NCBI GenBank assembly: GCA_028284775.1
Contig: JANQRB010000176.1
Location: 2,922-66,921 of the forward strand
Direction of reading: 5' to 3'
Source of the DNA: Candidatus Kapaibacterium sp.
GTDB taxonomy: Bacteria; Bacteroidota; Ignavibacteria; Kapaibacteriales; UBA7675
DNA: 64,000 nt
Below the pieces are notes generated by a model, which did no database searches, was not told the DNA's origin, and saw only the letters and a program-made list of their open reading frames with translations. The position numbers and the translations under genes are program-made. Below are positions 46,049 through 56,395 of the stretch, piece after piece (position 1 is the stretch's first letter; each line of letters starts with the position of its first letter).

Positions 46049-46759
46049 TCAATCGTCACCGCCGGCAAAGGCCATGAGCAGGTGCAACACCGACTGGAAG
46101 ATCATAAAGACGCCGGCGAAAAGCATCACCGCACCGATAATCGGACTGTCGATTGTGTCGTTATGCAGCAGTTCCGAGGTTGAAAACACCAGGGACAAGA
46201 CGCCGAAGACGCCGATGCCGACACTGATCAAAAGACCGAATGGTCCGAGCGGAGCGATGAAACTCAGGAGTACCGCGGCGGAGATGCCGATGAAGAGTCC
46301 TGTCATCAGGTTTTTCGGGGCCGAGAATTTCTTGCCGGAGGTCCAGACCACAAAACTCACTGCGCCGAAGACGAGAGCGGTGATTACCAGGGCGTTCATC
46401 AATATGCTTGCGCCGGTGGCCATCATACCGACGACCCAGAGGATGGGGCCAAGGACCGCGCCTGCCACGAAGCCGTAGGCCAGCAGGGAGAGCAGGCCCG
46501 TTGTCGGGTTATTGGCAGTCTTGATTGCCAGACGCGGCAGGAAATTGATCAAGACCATTGCCAGAATCCAGCCAATCCAGCCGGTAAACAAGGAGCGGAT
46601 CGGCTCGACGGAAGCACCGACGTAGCCGCCGAACATTGCCGCGACAACCGCCAGCGACAACATCATGTAGGATTGCTTGACAAGCGCACTGCGTGATTCA
46701 CTGAGCTCCACTTTTTCGCGCATGCGCTCGGTAAACGTTGCTTCTTGTGCATAAGCCAT
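46049..46759 (-). CDS. Bax inhibitor-1/YccA-family membrane protein
   Basis: The protein has 7 TM segments. Its length (236 aa) and the conserved N-terminal region (SALVKQSYMMLSLAVVAAMFGGYVG) fit the BI-1/YccA family. Confidence 0.75.
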   Translation of the reverse strand: MAYAQEATFTERMREKVELSESRSALVKQSYMMLSLAVVAAMFGGYVGASVEPIRSLFTGWIGWILAMVLINFLPRLAIKTANNPTTGLLSLLAYGFVAGAVLGPILWVVGMMATGASILMNALVITALVFGAVSFVVWTSGKKFSAPKNLMTGLFIGISAAVLLSFIAPLGPFGLLISVGIGVFGVLSLVFSTSELLHNDTIDSPIIGAVMLFAGVFMIFQSVLHLLMAFAGGDD

Positions 46760-46891
46760 AACAGAAACCCTTTCTCTATAAGATGGAATAACATGATTTT
46801 CAACACTGTCGCATCAATACGACGAGGGGCGGCTGTTGTTTCTTGCCACAAAATTTACAAATAATCGCCTTAGCGTCCACCGAAATTCGCA

Positions 46892-48226
46892 TCAAATCAA
46901 TCCCCGCGCTTTCAGTTCCAGATAACGGTTGATCGTATTGACGGTCAGTTGCTCCGGCGGCGTCAGAATGGAATGAATGCCGAAACGTTCGAGCTCCTTG
47001 ACAATTTCGCGCTTCTGAAAGGCAAAATGTTCGCCTATCGTTTTGATGTAGATGTCTTCCACCCTTTTCGGCTGCGATTCCAGCAGTTCCCGCAGTTCGG
47101 TGTTCTCAAAAAAAATCGTCACTAACACGTGACGCCGCGCAATGCCGCGCAGGTACGGCAATTGCCGCCTCATAGACGACACAGTTTCGAAATTGGTGAA
47201 GAGGACGATCAGGCTGCGCTGCCGCACCTTGTGCTGCAGCGCCGCATACATGGCCTCGTAGTTGGATTCAAGGTAGCCGGTCTCCTGATTGTACAGAACT
47301 TCCAAAATACGATTCAAATGCGCTTTTTTGCGCTCAGCGGGCAGGACGGTCCCCATCTCGTGGGCAAAGGTCATGAGTCCTGCTTTGTCATACTTCAGCA
47401 TGGCGATGTTGGAAATGACAAGACAGGCATTGATGGCATAATCGAGCAGCGTCAGACCATCGAAGGGCATTTTCATGACACGTCCCATGTCAATGATGCT
47501 GAATACCTGCTGCGAGCGTTCGTCCTGAAACTGATTCACCATCAGGTTGTGGCTGCGGGCCGTCGCTTTCCAGTTGACGGTACGAACATCATCGCCGGGA
47601 ACATACTGGCGTATCTGATCGAACTCCATACTGTGGCCTATGCGACGTATCTTTTTGACGCCCGCCTCGCCGAGCCGGTTTGATATTGCCAGCAATTCAT
47701 AACGGCGCATTTGCATAAACGAAGGATACACGGGCACCATGGCTTCGTCCCGCCCGCGATAGCGTCGTTGAATAAGACCGATGGGCGAAGCAACGAAAAC
47801 ATTAATACAGCCAAAATGATATTCGCCCCGCGCGACTGGCCGCAGCCGATACTCGATCCTTGCGGAAGCACCCGCAGACAGATGGAGGTGAAATGCCTGA
47901 TCCCGTTTCTGAAACTGGACCGGTACTTCATCGATGATGCTGAGTCTGGTAGTGAAGTTGTAAAAGCTTTCAAGATAAATTTCGACAAGATTGTCGTCCC
48001 CATTCGAAAACTTTTCGGCGGTGCCGCGACGCGCAAACAGCCCTTCGCGCATGCGATACAGGATCAGAATGTCGAGAATGACCAATACCAGGAAGAGCAA
48101 TAGAGCGCTTTTCATCACTATAAAGGCCAGCGGCCAAAAGTAACCGAGCACTCCCAAGGCAACGATGGCGGCGCTGCCGTAAAAAAAGCGATCGTCCAGG
48201 TACAGACTGCGAAGCAAGGCCTTCAC
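46892..48226 (-). CDS. DUF58-domain protein (MoxR-associated, vWA-like)
   Basis: Two N-terminal TM helices precede the DUF58 core (GHSMEFDQIRQYVPGDDVRTVNWKATARSHNLMVNQFQDE...IIDMG). The start codon overlaps the stop of the upstream moxR. Confidence 0.8.
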   Translation of the reverse strand: MKALLRSLYLDDRFFYGSAAIVALGVLGYFWPLAFIVMKSALLLFLVLVILDILILYRMREGLFARRGTAEKFSNGDDNLVEIYLESFYNFTTRLSIIDEVPVQFQKRDQAFHLHLSAGASARIEYRLRPVARGEYHFGCINVFVASPIGLIQRRYRGRDEAMVPVYPSFMQMRRYELLAISNRLGEAGVKKIRRIGHSMEFDQIRQYVPGDDVRTVNWKATARSHNLMVNQFQDERSQQVFSIIDMGRVMKMPFDGLTLLDYAINACLVISNIAMLKYDKAGLMTFAHEMGTVLPAERKKAHLNRILEVLYNQETGYLESNYEAMYAALQHKVRQRSLIVLFTNFETVSSMRRQLPYLRGIARRHVLVTIFFENTELRELLESQPKRVEDIYIKTIGEHFAFQKREIVKELERFGIHSILTPPEQLTVNTINRYLELKARGLI

Positions 48227-49206
48227 TAGCGCGGTACCTCGATCTTCCTGATCAGCTCCCTGATGACCTCGTCGGGATTTACCCCTTCCATTTCTTTTTC
48301 CGGCGTGAGCATAATCCGGTGGCGCAGTACCGGGTAGGCCGCGCGCTGGATATCCTCGGGAATCACAAAATCGCGCCCGGCCAGCGCTGCCAGCGCTTTC
48401 GACGCCGCCAATATCGCCAGCGAGGCACGCGGCGAAGCTCCAAGGTACAGGGCCGGACTCGTGCGCGACTGATGCACGATCTGCGCGATGTATTCCAGCA
48501 AACGGGCGTCGGCATGCAACTCCCGCACCTGCGCGCGATAGTGTTCAAGCTCCGCGGCGCTGATGACGGCTTCCGCCAGGGTCCCCGCAGGCTCGGCGGT
48601 CGGCTTGTTGTTGTTCGCCAGGATACGTATTTCGTCCTCCAGCGAGGGATAGGCCACTTCAATCTTAAACAAAAAGCGGTCGAGCTGCGCTTCCGGCAGA
48701 CGATAGGTGCCTTCATGCTCAACGGGGTTTTGGGTCGCTACCACCATAAACGGTGCCTGCAAAGGGTAGGTCTTGCCGTCAACGCTAATCTGGCGTTCCT
48801 CCATTGCCTCGAAGAGCGCCGACTGCGTTTTGGCCGGGGCGCGGTTAATCTCATCCACCAGGACGATATTCGCAAAGACGGGACCATGGCGAAATTCGAA
48901 GTTCCCGGACTGAGGATTAAAAACCGAGGTGCCGATGACGTCGGAAGGCATCAGGTCGGGGGTGAATTGCAGGCGCGCGAAATCAACCGAGACCGTACGG
49001 GCCATCAGGCGCGCGCTGAGTGTTTTGGCGACGCCGGGCACGCCCTCGATCAAAACGTGACCGTCCGACAGCAGGGCCGCAATCAGCAAATCGAGCATTT
49101 CTTCCTGCCCGACAATCGTGCGTCCGATTTCCGCCCGCACTTTATCGGCCGCGCCGCGCAGTCCGTCAAGTTTACCTGACTCCGGTGCTATGTCCCTGTT
49201 TTCCAT
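48226..49206 (-). CDS. MoxR-family AAA+ ATPase
   Basis: Walker A is LIEGVPGVAKT. Walker B is VLVDEINRA. The protein also has FMVVATQNPVEHEGTYRLPEAQLDRF and a C-terminal helical lid. It is 326 aa. Confidence 0.9.
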   Translation of the reverse strand: MENRDIAPESGKLDGLRGAADKVRAEIGRTIVGQEEMLDLLIAALLSDGHVLIEGVPGVAKTLSARLMARTVSVDFARLQFTPDLMPSDVIGTSVFNPQSGNFEFRHGPVFANIVLVDEINRAPAKTQSALFEAMEERQISVDGKTYPLQAPFMVVATQNPVEHEGTYRLPEAQLDRFLFKIEVAYPSLEDEIRILANNNKPTAEPAGTLAEAVISAAELEHYRAQVRELHADARLLEYIAQIVHQSRTSPALYLGASPRASLAILAASKALAALAGRDFVIPEDIQRAAYPVLRHRIMLTPEKEMEGVNPDEVIRELIRKIEVPR

Positions 49207-50537
49207 TAGTAGTTGCTTTCACGATAAAATGAATCAATACGATAGTTTAAGTCGATCAGGCTTCCGGTACTGATGGATCGCTTCCTGCGAAGCGTGCTAA
49301 CACTTGCAATCATGCCGGCAACCCGCTCATGGTCGACACCGGATTTCAGCGCCAGTCTGGCGATAAAGTCTTCGTCCAACTCATTGGTTTTCAGCCGATA
49401 ACGCGCACGAATGTACTCCAGCAGATGTGTTATCTTTTTCCCGGCGACGTTGACGTGATCGTTATGTTGAAAATACAGCCTGCCGATGGTGGTGACAAAA
49501 CTGAGCGTGGCATTTGCCGGCGCCGTCAGCACCGGAACAACTCTCTGACGTCGCCGAGCCTTAAAGACCAGGAAAAGCAGCACCGCGATCAGCGCTGTTC
49601 GCCAGGACCATTTGAGCGATTCTTCGGCCATCAGAACGCGCAATTCAGACCGGTCTTTATAGCGCCCCTCGGCGTCATATTGGTCCCATAAAACATCTTT
49701 CACCGGCAGGTAGGAAAGCGCACTCGCAACGTAGTCGCTGTTCGCGCCGCTCAACAGATTGTAGTTTGTGAACATCAGTGGAATGGTAGATATATAAAAG
49801 CCGCCCTTTCCGTATTCGATGTGAATAAAGTTAATACCGCCGTCAGCGAATTCGCCCAGTGCTGTTGTCCTCAGGCTGTCGAGGAAGGTAAAGGACTTTC
49901 GTATGAGGCTCGTTGTAAATGCGTATGAGCTGTCGGCCCGCAAAGCGGGATTGAGAAAGTTAACAGCTGCGTTAAAAGTACCCGGCAGATTGCGCTCCCC
50001 ATCGGCTTCCGAAAGACTTCCTTTCTCGCTCTCGGGTTCGATGTCAACCGAGTCATTCCCTACAATCTGTTCTGCATCGGCCTCCAAGTCCTTATCACTG
50101 CCGGTCTGACTCTCGCTATCACGGGCTGTGCCGAAATTCCACGTGTCGGCAATCGCAAAGTTCAGCGAGTCGCTGAAGGCCTTGTGGAACTGTGTGGCGG
50201 CGATAAAGATCTGGTTACCGCGGGCCGCGAATTGCAAGAGTGCTTCGATACTTGTCTGATCGGGCGTAAACTTCTCGCCGACAAAGATGTAATTGACGTC
50301 CGCCGTGCTGTCACGGCCCTGCGGCAACTCGAAGAACGTGGTTTCCACGGCGTCGACGGCCGCGCCGGGAAAGAGGCCGGGCAGCATGGTGTACAGCACA
50401 TATGTACCATAGGGAACTTTGTCATCGACACGGTAGGTATGACGCCAGTCGAGCGGCTGCGGACGCTGTAGCTGCGCATACACCGCCGCGATAAAGATCA
50501 GCGCAAGGACAGCGAGATAAACGCGGTACTTCGTCAT
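49206..50537 (-). CDS. DUF4350-like membrane-anchored protein
   Basis: An N-terminal TM helix is followed by an extracytoplasmic domain, then a second TM helix near the C-terminus. The position between the DUF4129 and MoxR genes matches the conserved cluster. The family call is from memory. Confidence 0.55.
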   Translation of the reverse strand: MTKYRVYLAVLALIFIAAVYAQLQRPQPLDWRHTYRVDDKVPYGTYVLYTMLPGLFPGAAVDAVETTFFELPQGRDSTADVNYIFVGEKFTPDQTSIEALLQFAARGNQIFIAATQFHKAFSDSLNFAIADTWNFGTARDSESQTGSDKDLEADAEQIVGNDSVDIEPESEKGSLSEADGERNLPGTFNAAVNFLNPALRADSSYAFTTSLIRKSFTFLDSLRTTALGEFADGGINFIHIEYGKGGFYISTIPLMFTNYNLLSGANSDYVASALSYLPVKDVLWDQYDAEGRYKDRSELRVLMAEESLKWSWRTALIAVLLFLVFKARRRQRVVPVLTAPANATLSFVTTIGRLYFQHNDHVNVAGKKITHLLEYIRARYRLKTNELDEDFIARLALKSGVDHERVAGMIASVSTLRRKRSISTGSLIDLNYRIDSFYRESNY

Positions 50538-51250
50538 GTGCCCTCACTCAGCCTGGCGGAAAACAATTCGAAGTGGGCTTGTAAGCGCTGAAACTGTTCG
50601 GAGCTGATGTTCAATTCGCCATACCAGACAATTTCGAAAAGCCGGCTAACCTCCCTGAAGTCCGACGCAAACGCTGAATGTCGCAGCTCCCTGGCATAAT
50701 CGAGATTCGTTTTCTCCCGCTGCCAGTTAATCAGCTTGCGATCTGTTAACTCGCGCAGGCACTTCAGATACAACAGGCGGACGGCTTTGCGAAAACTGCG
50801 CTCTTCGATGGCTTCCTGAATCAAGGCGTCCAGACTCATTTCGCGAATGTCATCGACGGCGACGCGATAGGCAATCTGCGATTGATCGCTCCTGCCGCTG
50901 AGTAAACCGCTGACACTCGATCTGCTGAGGAGGACAACGACCAGGATAGCCGCCGCGACGACAACGGCGTAGGCCATCAATTCTTCGAAGCTAATCGGTG
51001 CATCATCCGGATAAAACCGGTCGAGGATGTCGCTGAGCCAGTCCCAGAAAGACCAGGAGTCCGCCGCATTCACAAGCCCGGCGCGCGGGTAATTGAACTC
51101 GGTGTCATTAGCCATTGAATGCAGCAGGTCGGCATCGAATTCGCGAAGCTGCAGCAGGCTGCTGTCGCGCCTAATAGTCGACAGCCCGGTATCCGCCGGC
51201 AGGTTGGCGGGCAACAGCAACAGCAATAGCATGAGGCCGATTTTAGGCAT
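50534..51250 (-). CDS. DUF4129-domain protein
   Basis: A signal/TM segment is present, with a central TM helix. The C-terminal region has the DUF4129-like motif (REKTNLDYARELR...FEIVWYG). The gene overlaps the downstream gene by 4 nt. Confidence 0.55.
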   Translation of the reverse strand: MPKIGLMLLLLLLPANLPADTGLSTIRRDSSLLQLREFDADLLHSMANDTEFNYPRAGLVNAADSWSFWDWLSDILDRFYPDDAPISFEELMAYAVVVAAAILVVVLLSRSSVSGLLSGRSDQSQIAYRVAVDDIREMSLDALIQEAIEERSFRKAVRLLYLKCLRELTDRKLINWQREKTNLDYARELRHSAFASDFREVSRLFEIVWYGELNISSEQFQRLQAHFELFSARLSEGT

Positions 51251-51595
51251 TTAATGCAGGCCCCGCTGTAGTTCGAATTTTTAACAGCAACATTATTTTC
51301 AGGCATCCTTGTTGTAGTACATAATCAAACTACATACTCTTAGGCATTCGGAGTCCAGCCGACTGCTCCCTTAAGTCCACTCAAGAGCAAAGCTGTCAGA
51401 TGCAGCATCAGAGACTCGTATTCTGTCTTCGATTGTTTAGGTCCATCACCGACCGACTAAACTTCCGTCGCCGAGCTGAGCGGATGACAGGGGCAATGCG
51501 GGGACTACAGCAATCCCGACGCCTGATCCATCGGCCGGTGGATAGCAGGGTTCAACAATTCCGCCCGAAAGGGTGGCGGGTCGGAAATGAAATGT

Positions 51596-52642
51596 TTATG
51601 ATTTTTGTGAATCCGGGTCGCTATCGTCCGTCCCTCTCCCAGGTTCGGAAGGAGGACGAAATCTATTTGTGTCATCCTGTTCGTCCTGTCCGCCGGCATC
51701 AGCCTGGTCCGGATTCGGCTCCGCCCGGAAAAAGGCGTCCGAAGACGCTGCATCATCCCCTTCGTCGTCGTTGATATCGTCGATACGATTCATCAGGCCG
51801 GTCGCATCTCGCCGCTCGCGCAGATTGTAATAGTGCACGGCAAAGGCCAGTGCTATAACTACGAAGCAGAAGGTCCCCAAGCTGGAAATGGTCGTCAGAA
51901 CCGAAAGGTAAACCGGATCACTGCTTAAGTCGCTGCCGTTAATGCCATCCATCAATGCGACTAGAAAAAGAGGCAATTGAAAAATGAGATTAAGCACATA
52001 GGCTAAAATACCCATGATAATTATGAGGCCAAAGCTAAACCACCAGTTGTCTTTGATGATATTGAAGACAGCGCTCAGCGCGCCTGAAAAATCCAGGTCG
52101 TGACGATCAAGCTTCAATATCGGCAAGAGCAGCATTATAGGCAATAAATAGAGCCCCGGGATGGTGCAACACATGAAGGCAATCGTGAGGACAATCGAGA
52201 TAAAGATCGGTACGAAAACAAGCATTCCAACATTGGCGAACATAGCGCCGGTGATGTCTTCCACGCTTATCCCGCTGCCCTTTTCAACATACAGGTGAGC
52301 ATAGAGATAGCCGATCCACAGCACGACCCAGTAAGCAAGCGTGCTGAAAAACGCCGACAACAAGACCACTGGCATCGTCACAACAGCTGTTGTCCAATAT
52401 GCGAATTCCATCAGCAGATCATTGGGATCGGCATTGACGTCGGGTTCAAAGGCCATTTCCCCAATACTCAGCTGCGCGGCAATACTCACAATGATTGACA
52501 GAAGCACAAAGGGACCGGCTATCAGCAACAGAGCACGCATCAACGGCTTAAATTCCTGTCGCAGCAATTCAAAGGCACCGCTCACGACGGCGCCGAAGTC
52601 ACGCTGTCGGCACAAATCGATCTGAGGCATGCTGTCATACAT
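51596..52642 (-). CDS. Hypothetical polytopic membrane protein with acidic C-terminal tail
   Basis: The protein has 6 or more hydrophobic helices. The C-terminal 60 aa are D/E-rich. The gene overlaps the upstream SpoIIM-like gene by 8 nt. Confidence 0.5.
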   Translation of the reverse strand: MYDSMPQIDLCRQRDFGAVVSGAFELLRQEFKPLMRALLLIAGPFVLLSIIVSIAAQLSIGEMAFEPDVNADPNDLLMEFAYWTTAVVTMPVVLLSAFFSTLAYWVVLWIGYLYAHLYVEKGSGISVEDITGAMFANVGMLVFVPIFISIVLTIAFMCCTIPGLYLLPIMLLLPILKLDRHDLDFSGALSAVFNIIKDNWWFSFGLIIIMGILAYVLNLIFQLPLFLVALMDGINGSDLSSDPVYLSVLTTISSLGTFCFVVIALAFAVHYYNLRERRDATGLMNRIDDINDDEGDDAASSDAFFRAEPNPDQADAGGQDEQDDTNRFRPPSEPGRGTDDSDPDSQKS

Positions 52643-53600
52643 TACTGAAACCCTTTTTGGCTAGTTGGAGAGGAAAGATACATGTATACCAGACTATGAA
52701 AATCAAAGAAGCGCCGATGATTGCAAATGCAGCCTCCTGCGGCATCGAGGTATAGCGGGTCACGAAGCCCTCCAGAAAGGCGGCGAAAATATAAATCGGC
52801 ACCAGGCCGATCGCAATCTTGAGTCCTTTCACCGCGCCGCGCTTCAACGATTCGACACGCGAGTAAGTGCCCGGGAAAAGTATACTTCGGGCCACCACCA
52901 GGCTGGCGCAGCCTGAAATGACAATCGCCGATAATTCAAGCGCCCCGTGAATGTAAATAGTCTGCATCGATTCGAGGCCTACATCGTGCTGGAAGAAAAA
53001 ATACTGAAATGAACCGAGCATGACGCCATTCTTAAAGAGCAGATAGAACGTCAGAATTCCGCCCGCAAAGCCCGCTATGAAAATCAGAATCGACACGCGT
53101 AAGTTGTTCTGTGCGATATAGGCAAACATTCCCAATTCGCCCATCTGTTTATATACGCCCATCGGATCGCCGTTTTCGATGTTGCGAATCGTCTGGTTAA
53201 CATAAGCGTCGCCCAGAATCAAGCGTACGAAAGACTTGTCCTGACTGGCAGAAAAGACGCCGATGCCGCAGGCAAACAGAAACATCAGCATTGCATACAG
53301 CAACTCGCGACGCGATGCACCGAGGATCAGCGGCAATTCGAGCTGCCAGAAGCGCAATATGCGTCCCGTTTCTTCTTTCTTATTGCGGTAGATCCGCTGG
53401 TGCACTTTGGCCGCCAGCGCATTAAGGTAGCTGGTAGTCTTACTTCGCGGGTAAAAAGTCTTGGCGTAGGACAAGTCGTCGGTCAGTTCGATAAACTGAT
53501 CGGCCAGCGTATCGGGGTCGGCTTCCTGCGGATTTGCCAGCACGGCTTCGAAGGACTCCCACTTGGGCTTGTTCTTCTTCAGGAAGGTGATTTCACGCAT
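52635..53600 (-). CDS. Stage II sporulation protein M-like (DUF95) membrane protein
   Basis: The N-terminal cytoplasmic region is followed by 5-6 TM helices. The conserved NN.RVSILIFIAG...GILT...KNGVMLG block is typical of the SpoIIM/DUF95 family. Confidence 0.6.
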   Translation of the reverse strand: MREITFLKKNKPKWESFEAVLANPQEADPDTLADQFIELTDDLSYAKTFYPRSKTTSYLNALAAKVHQRIYRNKKEETGRILRFWQLELPLILGASRRELLYAMLMFLFACGIGVFSASQDKSFVRLILGDAYVNQTIRNIENGDPMGVYKQMGELGMFAYIAQNNLRVSILIFIAGFAGGILTFYLLFKNGVMLGSFQYFFFQHDVGLESMQTIYIHGALELSAIVISGCASLVVARSILFPGTYSRVESLKRGAVKGLKIAIGLVPIYIFAAFLEGFVTRYTSMPQEAAFAIIGASLIFIVWYTCIFPLQLAKKGFSNV

Positions 53601-53646
53601 TGCGTTCCGGGTGAATTGCTTATTTTGACTGCCCTTTCAGCATTCC

Positions 53647-54414
53647 TTGGCAGAAAATAGTAAAAAATTAAGCCGTATGGAAAAGGTCCGTATTGAAACG
53701 GCGCAAAACGTCAGCATCGACTTTGAGATTGCCGGAATCGGCGATCGGCTGGTCGCTGCGATCATCGATGCGGTGATTGTTTGCGGCTACTGTTTCCTCG
53801 GCATGTTTATTCTGCTGCCCAACGGCTTGTCAACGCGATTGAGCGCGATGACCTTCGCCGTCATTTTGTTTTATGCACCGATCGTCTTTTACGATCTTAT
53901 CTGTGAAGTATTCCTCGACGGACAAAGCCTGGGCAAAAAAGTCATGCGTATCAAGGTGGCGCGCCTGGACGGTAGCTCGCCTAGCTTTGGCGGCTATCTG
54001 ATGCGATGGATAATCGGCTTAGCGGAAAAATACGGCACTTGTGGATTCGTTGCGCTCGTGGCCTACCTCATCCGCGGCAACGGTCAACGTCTTGGCGATC
54101 TGCCGGTCGGAACCACCGTCGTCCGCCTTCGGGCACCGGCGGCCCTCAGCGAGACGATACTCGTCGAAACCGCGGACGACTACGAGGTACATTTTGCTGA
54201 AGTCGCCGGACTCAGAGACAATGACATCGACATCATCGTGCAGGTGCTGGACCATTACCGACAGCAAGGTCAATCCTGGCGAAGCGAGCAAATAGTGGTG
54301 AAGACAGCCGAACAAATCGAGCGCAAGATGGGGCTGGAGCTCGACTGGGATCCGCTGGACTTCCTGAAGACCGTCATCAGCGACTATAATCATCTTGCCG
54401 CGAAGGAATCCTAG
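53647..54414 (+). CDS. RDD-family membrane protein
   Basis: The RDD motif region is GDRLVAAIIDAVIV. Two or three TM helices are present. The gene is transcribed divergently from the SpoIIM-like gene. Confidence 0.7.
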   Translation: MAENSKKLSRMEKVRIETAQNVSIDFEIAGIGDRLVAAIIDAVIVCGYCFLGMFILLPNGLSTRLSAMTFAVILFYAPIVFYDLICEVFLDGQSLGKKVMRIKVARLDGSSPSFGGYLMRWIIGLAEKYGTCGFVALVAYLIRGNGQRLGDLPVGTTVVRLRAPAALSETILVETADDYEVHFAEVAGLRDNDIDIIVQVLDHYRQQGQSWRSEQIVVKTAEQIERKMGLELDWDPLDFLKTVISDYNHLAAKES

Positions 54415-54454
54415 GCTCCGGCTCTCCCGGCCTGTCGCGCGCTATCCTCTTTAG

Positions 54455-55543
54455 TCAAATTCGCTGTCCCTGATCGTCAAAAACATAAATGTGATCCGGG
54501 TCGATTGCGATGTCGTAATCGCGGCCTTCGTGCGGCGCATCATGCTTGTGAGGCCGGCGGCCGACTTTCGCACTTCCGCCGCTGTTGAAGTGAAACAGAA
54601 GTTCGTGCCCCAGAAACTCCAGCAGTTCCAGGCGCGCGCGTAGCTGAATCTCATTTGCGCCACCGGTAGGCACAAGCCGCAGATGTTCGGGGCGAACCCC
54701 GACCGATACTCTGGCAGCAGAGGATGGCGGATTGCGCAGGGCAAGCGGAGGAATCCGGAAGGCCGCGCCCCCCTCTTCTTCCTGAAAGCTGCCGTCGCTA
54801 TCCATCAGACCCTGGAAGAAGTTCATACTGGGACTGCCGAGAAAACCGGCCACAAAGCGATTGGCGGGATTAAAGTAGACCTCGTCCGGCGGACCGATCT
54901 GCTGTACTTCGCCCTTGTTCAGGATGACGATACGGTCGCCCATCGTCATCGCCTCGGTCTGATCGTGCGTGACATAGACGGCGGCGCGGCCGACCTGACG
55001 CTGAAGGCGCATAATCTCGGCCCGCATCAGGACGCGCAGCTTGGCGTCGAGGTTGGAAAGCGGTTCGTCAAAAAGAAAAACACGCGGCCGACGGACGATT
55101 GCGCGGCCCAGCGCCACCCGCTGCCGCTGCCCCCCTGAAAGCTGCTTCGGCCTGCGCGCCAGCAATTCGCCCAGCTCCAATGTCGCGGCGACCTCCTGCA
55201 CTCGTTCGGCGATTGCCGCTTTGGACAGGCCCTGGATGCGCAGGGGAAAGGCAATATTCTCTGCCACGCTGAGGTGCGGATACAGGGCATAGTTTTGGAA
55301 CACCATTCCGACATCGCGTTCTTTCGGCGCCTTGTCGTTCATCCGCTCGTCGTCGAAGTACAAATCGCCGGCGCTGATGTCCTCCAGGCCGGCAATCATT
55401 CGCAGGGTCGTTGTCTTACCGCAGCCCGAAGGCCCGAGCAGAACCACGAATTCTCCGTCGGCAATATCGAGCGTCAGCTTCCTGACGGCCTGAAAACCGT
55501 TATCGTAAAGTTTTTCAATGTTGACAAGTCTGATCTCGGACAT
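54455..55543 (-). CDS. ABC transporter ATP-binding protein, MalK/UgpC-type (sugar/glycerol-3-P importer ATPase)
   Basis: Walker A is GPSGCGKTT. The Q-loop and signature (LSGGQRQRVALGRA) are present. Walker B is LFDEPLSNLD. The C-terminus has a TOBE-like regulatory domain. No permease or binding-protein gene is adjacent. Confidence 0.85.
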   Translation of the reverse strand: MSEIRLVNIEKLYDNGFQAVRKLTLDIADGEFVVLLGPSGCGKTTTLRMIAGLEDISAGDLYFDDERMNDKAPKERDVGMVFQNYALYPHLSVAENIAFPLRIQGLSKAAIAERVQEVAATLELGELLARRPKQLSGGQRQRVALGRAIVRRPRVFLFDEPLSNLDAKLRVLMRAEIMRLQRQVGRAAVYVTHDQTEAMTMGDRIVILNKGEVQQIGPPDEVYFNPANRFVAGFLGSPSMNFFQGLMDSDGSFQEEEGGAAFRIPPLALRNPPSSAARVSVGVRPEHLRLVPTGGANEIQLRARLELLEFLGHELLFHFNSGGSAKVGRRPHKHDAPHEGRDYDIAIDPDHIYVFDDQGQRI

Positions 55544-55609
55544 GCGAATTACCGGAAAAATAGTTCCTGCTGCCTGGCGCTTTTCAGCTCGTTCGATGCT
55601 GCGCGGACA

Positions 55610-56395
55610 TCAGAGCTCGTAGTTCATCTTGCGCTTGTGTACCAGCGTCGAGCTGGCCTGATCGCTGGGAAAGATCAGCATGTCGGCGATGTTGACATGC
55701 GCCGGTCTGGTGGCGCAAAACAGAATGGCTTCCGCGACATCGCGGCCCTTCAGCGGTGTATATCCTTCGTAGACCTGACGCGCAAGCTCGCTGTCGCCGC
55801 GAAAACGTACCTGGGAAAACTCCGTTTCAACCAGGCCGGGGTCGATATTGCAGACGCGGACACCCGTTCCGTTGGTGTCGATCATCATGGCCTGTGAAAG
55901 AGCTTTTGCGGCGTGCTTGGTGGCGCAGTAGACATTGCCCCGCGGATAGACTTCACGCCCGGCGATCGAGGCAACGTTGATGACCATTCCGCGGCCGCGC
56001 GCAACCATTCCGGGCAGTACGGCCTTGCTGACATACAACAAGCCCTTGATATTCGTATCGATCATTTCTTCCCAGTCCTGCAGGCGGCCCTCGTGAATTT
56101 TGTCCAGACCGCGTGACAAACCCGCATTGTTGATCAGCAGGTCGATATCGCGCCATGATTCCGGCAGCTTGGCAATCGCGGCGTTCACGGCCGAGACCTC
56201 ACGTACATCGCAGACAAGTATCTGCGTTTCGCAGCCCGTTGAATCTTTCAGTTCGTCCGCCAGACGGCGGAGCAGTTCTTCGCGACGCGCCAGCAAAATC
56301 AAGCGGGCGCCTTCTTCGGCAAAAAGCCGGGCTGTCTCAATGCCGATGCCTGCCGAGGCGCCGGTAATAAGTGCTGTTTGGGTATTCAGACGCAT
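55610..56395 (-). CDS. Short-chain dehydrogenase/reductase (SDR), YdfG-like NADP-dependent
   Basis: The cofactor motif is TALITGASAGIG. A YxxxK catalytic tetrad region (NVYCATKHA) is present. The protein is 261 aa. Confidence 0.85.
   Translation of the reverse strand: MRLNTQTALITGASAGIGIETARLFAEEGARLILLARREELLRRLADELKDSTGCETQILVCDVREVSAVNAAIAKLPESWRDIDLLINNAGLSRGLDKIHEGRLQDWEEMIDTNIKGLLYVSKAVLPGMVARGRGMVINVASIAGREVYPRGNVYCATKHAAKALSQAMMIDTNGTGVRVCNIDPGLVETEFSQVRFRGDSELARQVYEGYTPLKGRDVAEAILFCATRPAHVNIADMLIFPSDQASSTLVHKRKMNYEL

Noticed and set aside
48319-49179. 286-aa plus-strand ORF
   Set aside because: It is antisense to the MoxR ATPase gene. It is a shadow ORF.
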